NCBI GenBank assembly: GCA_044226625.1
Contig: JBGAGQ010000026.1
Span: forward strand, 1 to 64,000
Reading direction: 5' to 3'
DNA length: 64,000 nucleotides
Source of the DNA: Thermoanaerobaculia bacterium
GTDB taxonomy: Bacteria > Acidobacteriota > Thermoanaerobaculia > Multivoradales > UBA5704
The position numbers were made by a program, and so were the translations under genes. The notes beneath the pieces are model-generated. The model saw only the letters and a program-made list of their open reading frames with translations, did no database searches and was not told the DNA's origin. Positions within the stretch are counted from its first letter, which is position 1; each line of letters starts with the position of its first letter. Positions 1 to 9,041 of the stretch are shown here, one piece after another.

Positions 1-519
1 CATCGGCGGAAAGGTACTCGCCAAGGATCATATTCCAGAAACTGCTGGTCAGTTTCTTTCGAGGAACAGTTTAACCCTGTAAAGGAACTCATTGCAAATC
101 GCAGCTTCGAAGTGGACAACACTATTGAGGGTTCGATACTCCGAGGCCTTCGAGAAGAGTTCTTGACATCGTCTTACTCTGATCCAATACAAGTAGCAAT
201 TCACGCCTTTCAACTAGAAGCCTACTGTTTAAACTTTGGCTTCTTGGCGGTCGTTAGTTTGCCGGTTTCATCCTTCGAGGAAGTCCTCGAGCTTTGGCCT
301 GGGGCTCCCGACTCGATGGAACATGATGCCCTCGCGGCTCTTCCCTTTTCAGCCGAGTTAATTGCCGAATGTTTAGCTAGTGAGCGTCTTCCAGGACGAC
401 TATTCGATAGCATGAAAAGAAGCGTAGGCTTTTCCGCGCTCGGAGAGGAAGATCACGGTTGGCACCCAACATCTCCCGTCCGATTGGTGCTGGCTCTATG
501 GCAGGCACAAGAACTCTAA
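1..519 (+). CDS. Hypothetical protein, NUDIX-like C-terminal part (5' partial)
   Basis: Frame 1 is open from base 1 to TAA at 517-519 (HRRKG...CWSVSFEEQF...ILRGLREEF...WHPTS). WSVSFEE and RGLREEF resemble a divergent NUDIX box. Visibly lower GC than flanks. Confidence 0.5.
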   Translation, partial: HRRKGTRQGSYSRNCWSVSFEEQFNPVKELIANRSFEVDNTIEGSILRGLREEFLTSSYSDPIQVAIHAFQLEAYCLNFGFLAVVSLPVSSFEEVLELWPGAPDSMEHDALAALPFSAELIAECLASERLPGRLFDSMKRSVGFSALGEEDHGWHPTSPVRLVLALWQAQEL

Positions 520-559
520 TATCTCTTCAAGTCGCACAAACAGCCTCAAGGGAGAAATT

Positions 560-1075
560 ATGTTACCAGAGAGAGCGCGGCTTCTTGGAGAACTCTTAAG
601 AGAGATGAGGCAGACCTCGCCAGACTACTTTCCGGATGAAGCCTGGTACGAAATTCATAAGTCTTTCGCTATCCCCTACGCTGAGGTGGTAGTCATGAAT
701 TCTCTTCATGGTGCTCCGAGCGTCCTTCTTCTGCAGAGAGAAAACGATGATCCTCATTGGCCGGGCGAACCTTGGCATTTACCCGGCGGCATTTGGAGGG
801 TTTCACAGTCGATAGAAGAGGCCTGTCAATCTATCGGGATGCGTGAAGTCGGATTGCAGGTAACCTTTAGGTCTGAGGTGATGACTCTTAAATGGAAGGA
901 CCATGCGTATGCAAATCCAATCTCGCATGTCTGCGTCTGCGAGGCTCATGGTCACATTCGAGAAGGCAGTCGAGCTAAATTTTTTCCACCCGAGGAACTC
1001 CCAGACAATATGTTAATCCATCACAGGGATTTCGTCGAAGCCAGCTTCAGAGCTATTGGCCCACGACTGAAATAG
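560..1075 (+). CDS. NUDIX hydrolase
   Basis: WHLPGGIWRVSQSIEEACQSIGMREVG is a NUDIX box variant; RBS-like GGAGA upstream; low GC. Confidence 0.8.
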   Translation: MLPERARLLGELLREMRQTSPDYFPDEAWYEIHKSFAIPYAEVVVMNSLHGAPSVLLLQRENDDPHWPGEPWHLPGGIWRVSQSIEEACQSIGMREVGLQVTFRSEVMTLKWKDHAYANPISHVCVCEAHGHIREGSRAKFFPPEELPDNMLIHHRDFVEASFRAIGPRLK

Positions 1076-1106
1076 CGGAGCGCACAAAATCTTCCCCCGC
1101 CCTCCC

Positions 1107-2735
1107 TCACCGCACCGGAATCGACTGCGCGTGATGGAAGAAATCCTCCGGATCCCAGCGCCGTTTGACCTCGACCAAGTTCCTCGGGTTTCGGCGGAAG
1201 TTGTCGAGGAAATAAAGCCAGAGGGCCTGGTCGACGTCGCCGCGCTCGTGGGTTCCCAGCACCGAATCGGGATAGTTGTAGTAGGCGCCGTCGACGGTTC
1301 CGGTCTCATCTTTCGCGGGGTCCGGCGTGCCTCCGGTTTCGGCGTAGACCTCTTGATAGAAGGAGTCGATCCATCGAAGGTGCGCCTTGGCTTGCGAGCG
1401 ATAGGGCTCGCGGTCGCCGTGGCCCGGGGCGGAGGCGTTCAGCCAGTAGGTCTGGTACTGGAGCTTCAGGATCGAGCTGCGCTGCGGCACCGCCGTCGCG
1501 TCCGACTTCCTTCGATTGATCGCGCCGCCGTAGCTGTCCACTTGAAGTAGCGATTGGCTCATGTCGCCGTCGGGAAGGTTGGGGGGCGTCGTGTGTAGCC
1601 ATCGATAGATCGCGTCGACCTGATCCGCGGGGAAAGGTTTTTTCATGTAGGCCGATTTGTACTTTCCGAACTGGTTCGGCCCGGAGCCGTTGAGGGTCTG
1701 GACCGCTTCGAGGTAGGTGACGTGCTGCGCCGCGTCGCTCGCCGGGAGCGCCGACATGTAGCCGGGGTGTCCGGAAAGCGGCCGTTCGAGCGGCGCGCTC
1801 GGGGCGATCTCTTCGAACCGCGCCTTGACCTGCGCGACGTTCCGCTCGGCCCGCTCCCGATGGGCGACGATTGCGACTCCCGGGGGCGAGGCCATCTGCA
1901 CGATCAGGCCGATCTGCTTGGCGGCCACGTGGTTCAGCTTCAAGAGGCTGAAGTCGGACTCGGGCATCTCGGCGACCATCTCGGCATAGCGGGCGAGCAG
2001 CGTGGCGAAACGGGCCGGGTCGAGATCGGACCAGTTCCAGGCCAAGGTCCAGATCGTGGCGTGGTCCGGCGCCTCGGGCAGCGTGGCGAAGTAGTAGCGG
2101 ACGATGACGCCGAAGTTCCCGCACCCCGCGCCGCACAAGGCCCAGAAGAGGTCCCGCTCGTCGCTCGACGGGCTCTCCGCCGACACGTGACGAAGCTCCG
2201 CCCGGCCCGCCTTCGCGTCCCAGGTGACGATGTCGACGGCGCTCAACCAGTCGACGGTCAACCCGTGCAGCCGCGACAGCAGCCCGTAGCCCCCGCCGGT
2301 GATGTGACCGCCGGCCCCCACCGAATAGCAGCTGCCGGCGGGCAAGGTCTTGTTGAAGCCGTTCAACAGCGTGCGATAGACCGTCCAGTTTTCACATCCG
2401 GCATCGACGAAATAGGCGTTGCGTCCAACGTCGAAGCCCACCTGGTTCACGGCCGACATGTCGAGGATCGCCCGAGCGTCCGCGCCGTAGGCGAAGTTCT
2501 CGTAGCAATGCCGGCCCGAGACGACCTTCACGTCCCGCCCGTAGGCCCGGATCGCCGCGGTCAGGCAGTCCGCCACCTGCTCCGGATGCGTCGGTGCGTA
2601 GACCGACTGCAAGTTCCCGGCGAACCAACGGCGGTTGAATCCCTGGCGATCGCTCAGGACCACGAGGCGACGGCCGTCACGCGCGGTGGAATGGCTCACG
2701 ATGGGACGCTCCTTCCCGGAAACCAACTCACCCAT
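1107..2735 (-). CDS. FAD-binding oxidoreductase, berberine-bridge-enzyme (BBE) family
   Basis: SGRHCYE covalent-FAD His motif, GSCYSVGAGGHITGGGYG, C-terminal YYNYPD...LVEVKRRWDPEDFFHHAQSIP BBE domain. Confidence 0.9.
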   Translation of the reverse strand: MGELVSGKERPIVSHSTARDGRRLVVLSDRQGFNRRWFAGNLQSVYAPTHPEQVADCLTAAIRAYGRDVKVVSGRHCYENFAYGADARAILDMSAVNQVGFDVGRNAYFVDAGCENWTVYRTLLNGFNKTLPAGSCYSVGAGGHITGGGYGLLSRLHGLTVDWLSAVDIVTWDAKAGRAELRHVSAESPSSDERDLFWALCGAGCGNFGVIVRYYFATLPEAPDHATIWTLAWNWSDLDPARFATLLARYAEMVAEMPESDFSLLKLNHVAAKQIGLIVQMASPPGVAIVAHRERAERNVAQVKARFEEIAPSAPLERPLSGHPGYMSALPASDAAQHVTYLEAVQTLNGSGPNQFGKYKSAYMKKPFPADQVDAIYRWLHTTPPNLPDGDMSQSLLQVDSYGGAINRRKSDATAVPQRSSILKLQYQTYWLNASAPGHGDREPYRSQAKAHLRWIDSFYQEVYAETGGTPDPAKDETGTVDGAYYNYPDSVLGTHERGDVDQALWLYFLDNFRRNPRNLVEVKRRWDPEDFFHHAQSIPVR

Positions 2736-3173
2736 TTCTCTTGGAATCGTGCTTGCGATCCTACGGTGAAAGACGGGCCCTCAGAAAGCCAGTTCACGGA
2801 TCCCTCGTTCGCTTGGCCGAAGATTTTCCACCACCTTCTTGGTATGCCACCTTTTTCGTCGCATACCACGGACATCCTCCAACATCTTGAGCCGATTCGG
2901 ATGCCGCAAAAGGATTGGGAGAAAAACTCCACTTCTTTGACATAAGGACTTGATTTCTCGGACTCAGCTCTCTATGGTTCTTCCTGCGACGATTTGAGCA
3001 CCTCTAGAGGACAATATGTGGCACCCGTGACGAAGGTCGCGGCCTGAGCCCATCGATTCCAGGGACCGAGCACAGCTCGTGACATAACCACAGACACAAC
3101 ATAGTCCACAAACACGCTTTTGACGTACGACGCCGGACGGCACGCACTTCCGGCAAATCGGGTGAGGTGTACC

Positions 3174-4157
3174 TTGGCTCAAACCATCAAGGTCGGGCTT
3201 GGCGGGCAGTTGCTGGACAAGGTGTTGACGGCGGCGGCTCTCGATGACGTTTCGACGTCCGAGGTCGTTCGGCGAATTCTTTGGGGACACTTCGAGGGGC
3301 GTGGAAGGGCCGAATCCGCTCCTCGGGAGGCGTCCGGGGGATCGCCGGAGCGCGGGGCGGGGCCCGAGGCGGGCCCGAGTTCGGCCCTGGCGGGGCCCGA
3401 ATCCGGTCACCGCTCCTCTTCCCTCCCCACACCCCTCCCTTCCCCTCCACGGAGAGATTTCACCGAAGAGAGAAAAGCAGAAGCCAAAGCTCCTGCTTCG
3501 GAAGACTCTCTTATTGCGAGGTGTTCCGGGCGCGCGCGAGAGGCGACGGCGTACGCGAGGCCGGCGAGCCCAGGGGCCGCGGACGGCCCAGGGGACGACG
3601 CCGGGCCCGGATCGGCCGTGCTCGATCTCGGGCTGGGTTCGGCGCTGCCTCCCGAGCCGGCGCCCGTGCTGCGGCTCCCCTGCCGGGCGACGCGCCGGGG
3701 GGACCCGTCGTCGTGGGGCCTGTCGGCGGAGCAGGTCGAGCGCTGGCGGGTGGCCTTCCCGGGGCTCGACGTGATCGGCGAGGCGCGCAAGGCCGAGGCC
3801 TGGTTGCAGGCCAATCCGGGCCGCTGGAAGACCCCGCGCGGCATCGCTCGCTTCCTGCTCTCCTGGCTCGAACGGGCGAACGACCGCGGCGGATTCGGCC
3901 GGCACGGGGCAATAGCCCCACCCGCGGCGCGCACCGGCGGCGGTTGGCGCCCCATGGGATCGATGGGCCGGAGGGCGGAGGTGCCCGAGATGCCGGCGGC
4001 GCCCAAGGGCTCGATCCGGGAGGCGTACGGCCGCGACTCGTTCGAGGCGTGGGAGGCCGAGCTTCGGGCGGGCATCGACGAGCCCGAGGAGCTGGAAAAG
4101 TGCCTGCGCGACCTGGCGAAGCTCCGCGTGCAGTGGAAAGCGAGCCATGGCGGGTGA
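3174..4157 (+). CDS. Phage-like replication initiator: N-terminal ribbon-helix-helix plus C-terminal phage Rep-type domain
   Basis: TTG start after GAGGT (ORF track starts at 3120). TIKVGL...VSTSEVVRRIL fits RHH; WRVAFPGLDV...AWLQANPGRWKTPRGIARFLLSWLER resembles phage replication-protein C-termini; overlaps a loader ATPase gene. Confidence 0.6.
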   Translation: MAQTIKVGLGGQLLDKVLTAAALDDVSTSEVVRRILWGHFEGRGRAESAPREASGGSPERGAGPEAGPSSALAGPESGHRSSSLPTPLPSPPRRDFTEERKAEAKAPASEDSLIARCSGRAREATAYARPASPGAADGPGDDAGPGSAVLDLGLGSALPPEPAPVLRLPCRATRRGDPSSWGLSAEQVERWRVAFPGLDVIGEARKAEAWLQANPGRWKTPRGIARFLLSWLERANDRGGFGRHGAIAPPAARTGGGWRPMGSMGRRAEVPEMPAAPKGSIREAYGRDSFEAWEAELRAGIDEPEELEKCLRDLAKLRVQWKASHGG

Positions 4158-4941
4158 GCGCCGGGAGCCCGCGAAAGTCGCCGCGGTGCTGGCGCGGTTG
4201 GAGCGGCGCTTCGCCGCGCTGCCGGCCGAGGAGCTCGCCGCCCGCGAGCGCTCGCGGTGCCCGATGCCGCGGGGGCAGCACTGCTCGTCCGGCTGGCACT
4301 GGCGCGAGGACGGCGGGCAGGGCGTCGCGTTCGCGCGGTGCTGGCGGGCGATCGCGGCGCGCGGCGAAGCGGCGGCGGCGGAGATCCCCGGCGAGCAGAC
4401 GTTCGAGAGCTTCGAGCGGATGCGGGAGAACGACGCGTTCAAAGCCGCGAAGCGCTGGGCCGATCGGGACGCCTCCGGGCGGCGGACGCTCGCGTTCCTC
4501 CGGCCGGAGGCGCTCGCCGGGACGTCCGGCTGCGGCAAGACCCACCTCCTGCGCGCGGCGGCCCGTAGCCTCGCCCGCGCCGGCAGGTGGGTCGAATACG
4601 TGACGGCGGGAGACCTCACCCGGACGATGCGCGGCCGGTCGCTCTTCGACGGCACCGAGCGCGGCGTCGCCGAGATCGCGGCGCGCCGGTGGCAGCGCTG
4701 CGACGCCCTGATCTTCGACGACCTCGGCCAGGAGGAGACGGCTCCGCCGCTCACCGCGTCGTTTCTCGCCGGGCTCCTGGACGGCCGCGAAGGGGCGCCC
4801 CTCGCCTTCTCCACCCACGCGAGCGAACGGGAGCTCAAGGGCCGCTACGGCCTGCCGCTGGTTTCGCGCCTGCTCGCCGACGCCGAGGTTCCCACGCTCC
4901 GCGGCATCGACTTTCGACGACCCTTCTTGGAGGCGGTATGA
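4147..4941 (+). CDS. DnaC/IstB-like AAA+ ATPase (helicase loader)
   Basis: Walker A GTSGCGKT, Walker B LIFDDLG, N-terminal Cys cluster, C-terminal VSRL...LRGIDFR typical of DnaC/IstB. Confidence 0.8.
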   Translation: MAGERREPAKVAAVLARLERRFAALPAEELAARERSRCPMPRGQHCSSGWHWREDGGQGVAFARCWRAIAARGEAAAAEIPGEQTFESFERMRENDAFKAAKRWADRDASGRRTLAFLRPEALAGTSGCGKTHLLRAAARSLARAGRWVEYVTAGDLTRTMRGRSLFDGTERGVAEIAARRWQRCDALIFDDLGQEETAPPLTASFLAGLLDGREGAPLAFSTHASERELKGRYGLPLVSRLLADAEVPTLRGIDFRRPFLEAV

Positions 4942-5312
4942 AGCGCACCCTCATGGACCGATGTGCTCAGGCGTACCAGGACGGCCTCGACGCCTACGCG
5001 GAGTTGGAACGGAAGCTCCGGGCGGCCCAATCCGCCACCGCGAACGTGCCCCTGCGGATCCCGAGCGTCCAAGAGGCGCGGGCGCGCCTCGCGGAGGCCC
5101 ATCCGGTCCTCTGCCGCATCGGAGAGGCGTTGGCGTTCCTCCCCGCGCTCGCCGTGCAGTTGACGGAGGAGCGGCGCGTCGCCGGCAACCTGCGGCGCCA
5201 GGCGCTCGAGAGCGGCGTGAAGTTGCGTTACGAGCCGGACGACGAGGAGGCCGATCCGGCGGCCACGGGCTCGGGCCCCCGGCGAGCCGTCCGAGGGCGG
5301 CCGCGGGCATGA
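4938..5312 (+). CDS. Hypothetical coiled-coil protein
   Basis: ATGA overlap with the loader stop, GGAGG RBS; starts MKRTLMDRCAQ. Confidence 0.6.
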   Translation: MKRTLMDRCAQAYQDGLDAYAELERKLRAAQSATANVPLRIPSVQEARARLAEAHPVLCRIGEALAFLPALAVQLTEERRVAGNLRRQALESGVKLRYEPDDEEADPAATGSGPRRAVRGRPRA

Positions 5313-5325
5313 GCTCGCCCTGCCC

Positions 5326-5997
5326 CTAGCCGGCCTGCGATTCCGGGGCCCGCAGCTTCCCGGCCGCCGTTTCGGAAACCCGATAGACCAGCTCCATCTG
5401 CATCGCCGTCTCCAAGCTGTCGTGGAGCGCCTGCAAGCGGCCCTTGGTTCCTTCGAGCCGGCGCGCGATCTCCTCGGCGGGCGCCGATTCGTCGAGGTCG
5501 GCCAGCGGGCCGAGGGCGTCCGCGAGCTGCCGGGCCTCGGCGCGAAGCTCGGAGAACGCTTCGGACCGCGCGGCGCGGCTCACCTCTGCGAGGCGTTCCG
5601 TATTGGACGAGGGCTTGGGCGAAGGCGCCGTCGACGGCCGGCTCTCCCCCACCTCCTGCATGTACCTCGCCTTGCGCAGCGCGCGCCGTAGCGCCAGGAC
5701 CGGCACCTCGTAGAGGGCGGCGACGTGGGCCGCGGAGCGGCAGTGGCTCTCGAGCGCCTGCTTGTTGGCGGGCGTCGGCCGGAGCCCATCGCAGCAGGGC
5801 CGGCGCTCGCTCGGCGAGGGGAACCAGAGCCCGTCGCGCCACTCCCCCTCGGGAGCCAGGGCGCGCGATTCGCGACCGATCAACGCGTCGAGGGCGAGGC
5901 GCAGGCGCCCCTCGGGCACCTGGGAATCCGTCGGAAGGGGCCCTTCCGGCAAGTCGCCTTCGCCGGCGTCAGGGTTCTGGATGTGCTCGGAGCTCAT
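5326..5997 (-). CDS. Hypothetical protein with putative Zn-binding CC...HC..H motif
   Basis: GEWRDGLWFPS...CCDGLRP...HCRSAAHVAALY followed by a coiled-coil; GAGG RBS upstream. Confidence 0.65.
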   Translation of the reverse strand: MSSEHIQNPDAGEGDLPEGPLPTDSQVPEGRLRLALDALIGRESRALAPEGEWRDGLWFPSPSERRPCCDGLRPTPANKQALESHCRSAAHVAALYEVPVLALRRALRKARYMQEVGESRPSTAPSPKPSSNTERLAEVSRAARSEAFSELRAEARQLADALGPLADLDESAPAEEIARRLEGTKGRLQALHDSLETAMQMELVYRVSETAAGKLRAPESQAG

Positions 5998-6333
5998 GAT
6001 CTCGATCCTCTTCGGAGAGGCGCTTACCAGCCTAACAGTGCGTCTCGCGGCTCAAAAGGGGGCATGTTCCACCCCATCGCTCCCGTCGACGTGCTCCCGA
6101 TTTCTCCCGAACAAGGATAGCACGCCCACGCCGACGTGCGTTCCAGGCGCCGAAAAAGTTCCGCATTCCGGAAAAACCGGGGCATTTCACCACCGATTTG
6201 GCGGCAAATTCGAGCCTCTCCAGACAATTTTCGACTTTCGGGCCGATTTGCTCGACTTCTCGGATTTTGGGCTGTACAAGGGGGGATGTACGACGGCATA
6301 TCGCCGTTCGCACCTCGAAAAGGAGACGTACAT

Positions 6334-6687
6334 ATGTTCAAAAAGAAGACCCCGCCCGTCGCGCAGACCGAGCAGCCGCCCACGCAGCTCAAGTCCGAGC
6401 GGATCCAGCTCGCCCTCGCTTCGATGCCTGACTGGAAGCTCGGTCCGCCGCGCCAGCGGATCGAGGCCATCTTCCGCCTGACCGTGGAGGGGGAGACCGA
6501 CCGCTTCGTCCCGTTCGTGCTCGCGACCTGCCGCGAGGAGGGGTCGGTCGCCGAACTGTCCGTGCGGGAGAACCTGGTGATCGTCCGCCTCGGCGGGGCC
6601 GGGGGCGTGACGGCGGCCGATCTTCGGGCGGCGCAAGCGCTCAGCGAGTCCCGCCGGGCGCCCGTGCCCGCGGCGCTCGCGGCGTGA
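6334..6687 (+). CDS. Pterin-4a-carbinolamine dehydratase-like protein (divergent)
   Basis: AGGAG RBS; LKSERIQLALASMPDWKL...GGVTAADLRAAQAL follows the PCD pattern but the HHP motif is absent. Confidence 0.55.
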   Translation: MFKKKTPPVAQTEQPPTQLKSERIQLALASMPDWKLGPPRQRIEAIFRLTVEGETDRFVPFVLATCREEGSVAELSVRENLVIVRLGGAGGVTAADLRAAQALSESRRAPVPAALAA

Positions 6688-6772
6688 GCGCTGACAGAGG
6701 CTTCCCGCGCCGGCTCTTGGCCAGCTGACGCGGGAGGTGAATTGCGGGGCGAATGACGTGAATTTCTTCGGC

Positions 6773-6970
6773 GTAAAGCGGCTATCCGCGACAGATAGCC
6801 ATTTTACGCGGCCAGGAAGTCGCTATCTGCGCCAGATAGCGACTTCCTGCGGCCGATAGCCGATTTCCAGCGCCAGGAAACGGCTTTCCGACGCGGATAG
6901 CGGCTTTCTACGCCAGGAAGCCGCTATCCGCGGCTGTTAAATCGCTATCCGCCGGCGATAGCGATTTCCT
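6773..6970. repeat. Array of ~10 imperfect palindromic units (consensus about GGAWAGCGRCTWTCC) at ~20-21 bp period
   Basis: Units start near 6773, 6794, 6815, 6835, 6855, 6876, 6896, 6916, 6936, 6957. Perfect inverted pairs: 6813-6829/6833-6849 (17 bp), 6892-6906/6918-6932 (15 bp), 6939-6949/6957-6967 (11 bp). Confidence 0.85.
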
Positions 6971-7111
6971 GGGGCCGTTTCGGCGCTCTCCGCGGAAGAT
7001 TTTGGCGAATCTCTCCGCGCGAGCGGACTGCCGAGCCGGCAACCGAGGACCCCGGGCCGACGCGTGGTCGCGCCCGGAATCATGTCACCGAACGTGGAGG
7101 ATTCCATCACC

Positions 7112-7522
7112 ATGAAAGCCAACTCCTACTCCGACAAGATCGACGCGTTCCAGACGACGGTCGACAACCTGGAACCGGACGTCGCGAAGTATCCCGGGCT
7201 CGCCGACATCTTCGAGCAGATGAAGACGCTTCTCGCCGAGCTGCGGCCGGCTCACGGCAGCGTCGAAGCGCAGCGAGGGAACCTGCGCGTCGCCGTCCAG
7301 GCGCGCCGGGAGCTCGCCCTTCGCGGCGTCCAGATCCACCGCCGCCTGTCCGCCGTGGTCGGCGCCCACCTCGGCTTCACCAACCCGGTCCTCGCGACCT
7401 ACGGGATCCTCCCGCAGGACAACTCGCGGCGCGGCCGGCGCCTCCCGAAGAAGAAGGAGGAAGCGACGAAGGCCCAGCCCGCCGCCATCGGCTTCACGCC
7501 TCCCGCGCCTCCCGCCACCTAA
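7112..7522 (+). CDS. Hypothetical alpha-helical protein with basic C-terminal tail
   Basis: GGAGG RBS at 7096-7100; MKANSYSDKID...RRGRRLPKKKEE; host-like codon usage; followed by a hairpin. Confidence 0.75.
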   Translation: MKANSYSDKIDAFQTTVDNLEPDVAKYPGLADIFEQMKTLLAELRPAHGSVEAQRGNLRVAVQARRELALRGVQIHRRLSAVVGAHLGFTNPVLATYGILPQDNSRRGRRLPKKKEEATKAQPAAIGFTPPAPPAT

Positions 7523-7552
7523 CGCCTGACGTCTGACCTCATCTCCCGCCCC

Positions 7553-7583
7553 GGGGCGGCCCGCGCAAGCGGGCCGTCCTTTA
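7553..7583 (+). terminator. Probable intrinsic terminator
   Basis: GGGGCGGCCCGC-GCAA-GCGGGCCGTCC followed by TTTA. Confidence 0.6.
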
Positions 7584-7606
7584 TCGAGCCTTCCCATCTC
7601 AAGGCC

Positions 7607-7687
7607 CTAGGATTCCGGTCGCCTGATCCTGAGGCCGAGCGGGGAGACGATCGTGAGAAGTCCTTCCTCATCCACCTTGAAGTGCAT
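7607..7687 (-). pseudogene. Internally deleted DUF5615 (PIN-like) toxin remnant
   Basis: Translates MHFKVDEEGLLTIVSPLGLRIRRPES*: a DUF5615-like N-terminus (MxFKVDE) joined directly to a DUF5615-like C-terminus; immediately downstream of the DUF433 gene. Confidence 0.6.
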
Positions 7688-7709
7688 CGAGGGGACGTGC
7701 ACCGAGGGA

Positions 7710-7949
7710 TCAGGAGGCGAGAGGCGTAACGAGCTCGGAGCTCAAGACGTCTGCCGCGTAGGCGAGCGCCGCGCGAAGATCCTGCTCGGACAGCTGAAGG
7801 TAGGAGCCCAAGATCTCCGCCGGCTGCATCCCATCGGCGAGGCTTCCAATCAACGTCCGCACAGGGATGCGGGTTCCCCGAATGCAGGGATCCCCGTGGT
7901 GAAGGTCGTCCGAGATGGCGATGTGGTCCTGCCAATGCACCCGGCTCAT
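7710..7949 (-). CDS. DUF433 family antitoxin
   Basis: HGDPCIRGTRIPV...LSEQDLRAALAYAA signature. Confidence 0.9.
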   Translation of the reverse strand: MSRVHWQDHIAISDDLHHGDPCIRGTRIPVRTLIGSLADGMQPAEILGSYLQLSEQDLRAALAYAADVLSSELVTPLAS

Positions 7950-8068
7950 GGAGTTCTCCCGTTCAGCGAAAGAGTACCACCCCTACATCGTAGGGGCCGA
8001 GCTGGTGCTCGGCGGTCCCAGGGAAAAGCGGTTGCCGGACTGGAGCCGAGCCCTTCGCGACCCGCGCG

Positions 8069-8485
8069 TCACCGAGCCGGAGGCGGACCCAGAAGCTCTT
8101 CGGCCCGCGTGAGCCCGCGCTCGAGGTCGCGGAGCAGCTGCGTCGCGGCCTTGAGCCACGGCGGCCGATCGGCCGGGGATTCCTTCTCCGCGACGCTCGA
8201 CACGACCTCGGCGAGGCCTTCTCGCGAGTGGCGAAGATCCGCGACCAATGCGCGGAGATGCGCTTTCGGCCAGGGCTCCGCCGGTTCCCGCGGGTCTCCC
8301 CCCTCCTCCAGCTCCAACAACTGATCGGCCAGCGCTTCGGAGAGGATGGCCAGGTTCGCGCGCAGCGCCGGATTCGCGAAGTGACACAGCACCGCCTCGC
8401 GAAACGGCGCCAGCTCGCGCCAGCGGCTGCCTTGCACCACCTCCAGGTCGAGGACCAGCCGCAGCTTGGCGGCTTCGGCCTTCAT
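8069..8485 (-). CDS. Hypothetical helical protein
   Basis: Starts MKAEAAKLRLVL; ATGA overlap with the upstream ORF. Confidence 0.6.
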   Translation of the reverse strand: MKAEAAKLRLVLDLEVVQGSRWRELAPFREAVLCHFANPALRANLAILSEALADQLLELEEGGDPREPAEPWPKAHLRALVADLRHSREGLAEVVSSVAEKESPADRPPWLKAATQLLRDLERGLTRAEELLGPPPAR

Positions 8486-8880
8486 GGTTCGCCCTCGGGC
8501 GGAACCGCGTCGCCCCCTTTCCACAAAGCGCCGAAGAGCTTCAACCCCGCCGGATCGTTGGGGTCGCTCTCGATCAGCTCGAGAGCGAGCTGGACGATGT
8601 CGATCTGGGCGGGCGAGAGCGAGGAGCGCTTCTTGACGCCCCGCACCCGTCGAACTAACGCCGGCAGGCGGTCGAACCGCCGCTGATGGTGGTAGATCGC
8701 CGCCAGCTCGACCAGAACGAAAACCTCGAGGATCGGCTGGCCGCATCTCCTGTGCTCGGCGGCGGCGCGAGTCAAAGCGGAAGCCGCGACGTCGAAATCT
8801 CCCGCGGCCGCGGCGCGACGGCCGGCCGCGACACGTGCGACGCGAGGAGCGGGGCGCCCGAGATTGCGGGGGGAGTCCAT
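8482..8880 (-). CDS. Hypothetical TPR-like protein
   Basis: Helical-repeat pattern (AAAAGDFDVAASAL...LVELAAIYHHQRRF); divergent from the XRE-TPR gene. Confidence 0.55.
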   Translation of the reverse strand: MDSPRNLGRPAPRVARVAAGRRAAAAGDFDVAASALTRAAAEHRRCGQPILEVFVLVELAAIYHHQRRFDRLPALVRRVRGVKKRSSLSPAQIDIVQLALELIESDPNDPAGLKLFGALWKGGDAVPPEGEP

Positions 8881-9041
8881 GTCGACAGCCTACGCACGGA
8901 TCCTTGAATTCGCGCCGCGGAGTCGGGCAACGCCCTGAAATTGGCCGTGCCGGTGGATATTTCCACTTCGCGAAATCTCGCCGGCTTGTCTCTCTCGCGA
9001 ATGGTGTAACCTCACGATCCAAACGCTTTCGGAGACCACGG

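Noticed and set aside
2794-2943. 49-aa minus-strand ORF MSKKWSFSPNPF... upstream of the FAD oxidoreductase as a RiPP precursor
   Set aside because: No clear RBS, no recognisable leader motif and no other biosynthetic genes.
6773-6970. CRISPR array
   Set aside because: Units are ~15 bp with 5-6 nt linkers, alternate in orientation, have no unique 30-40 nt spacers, and no cas genes are present.
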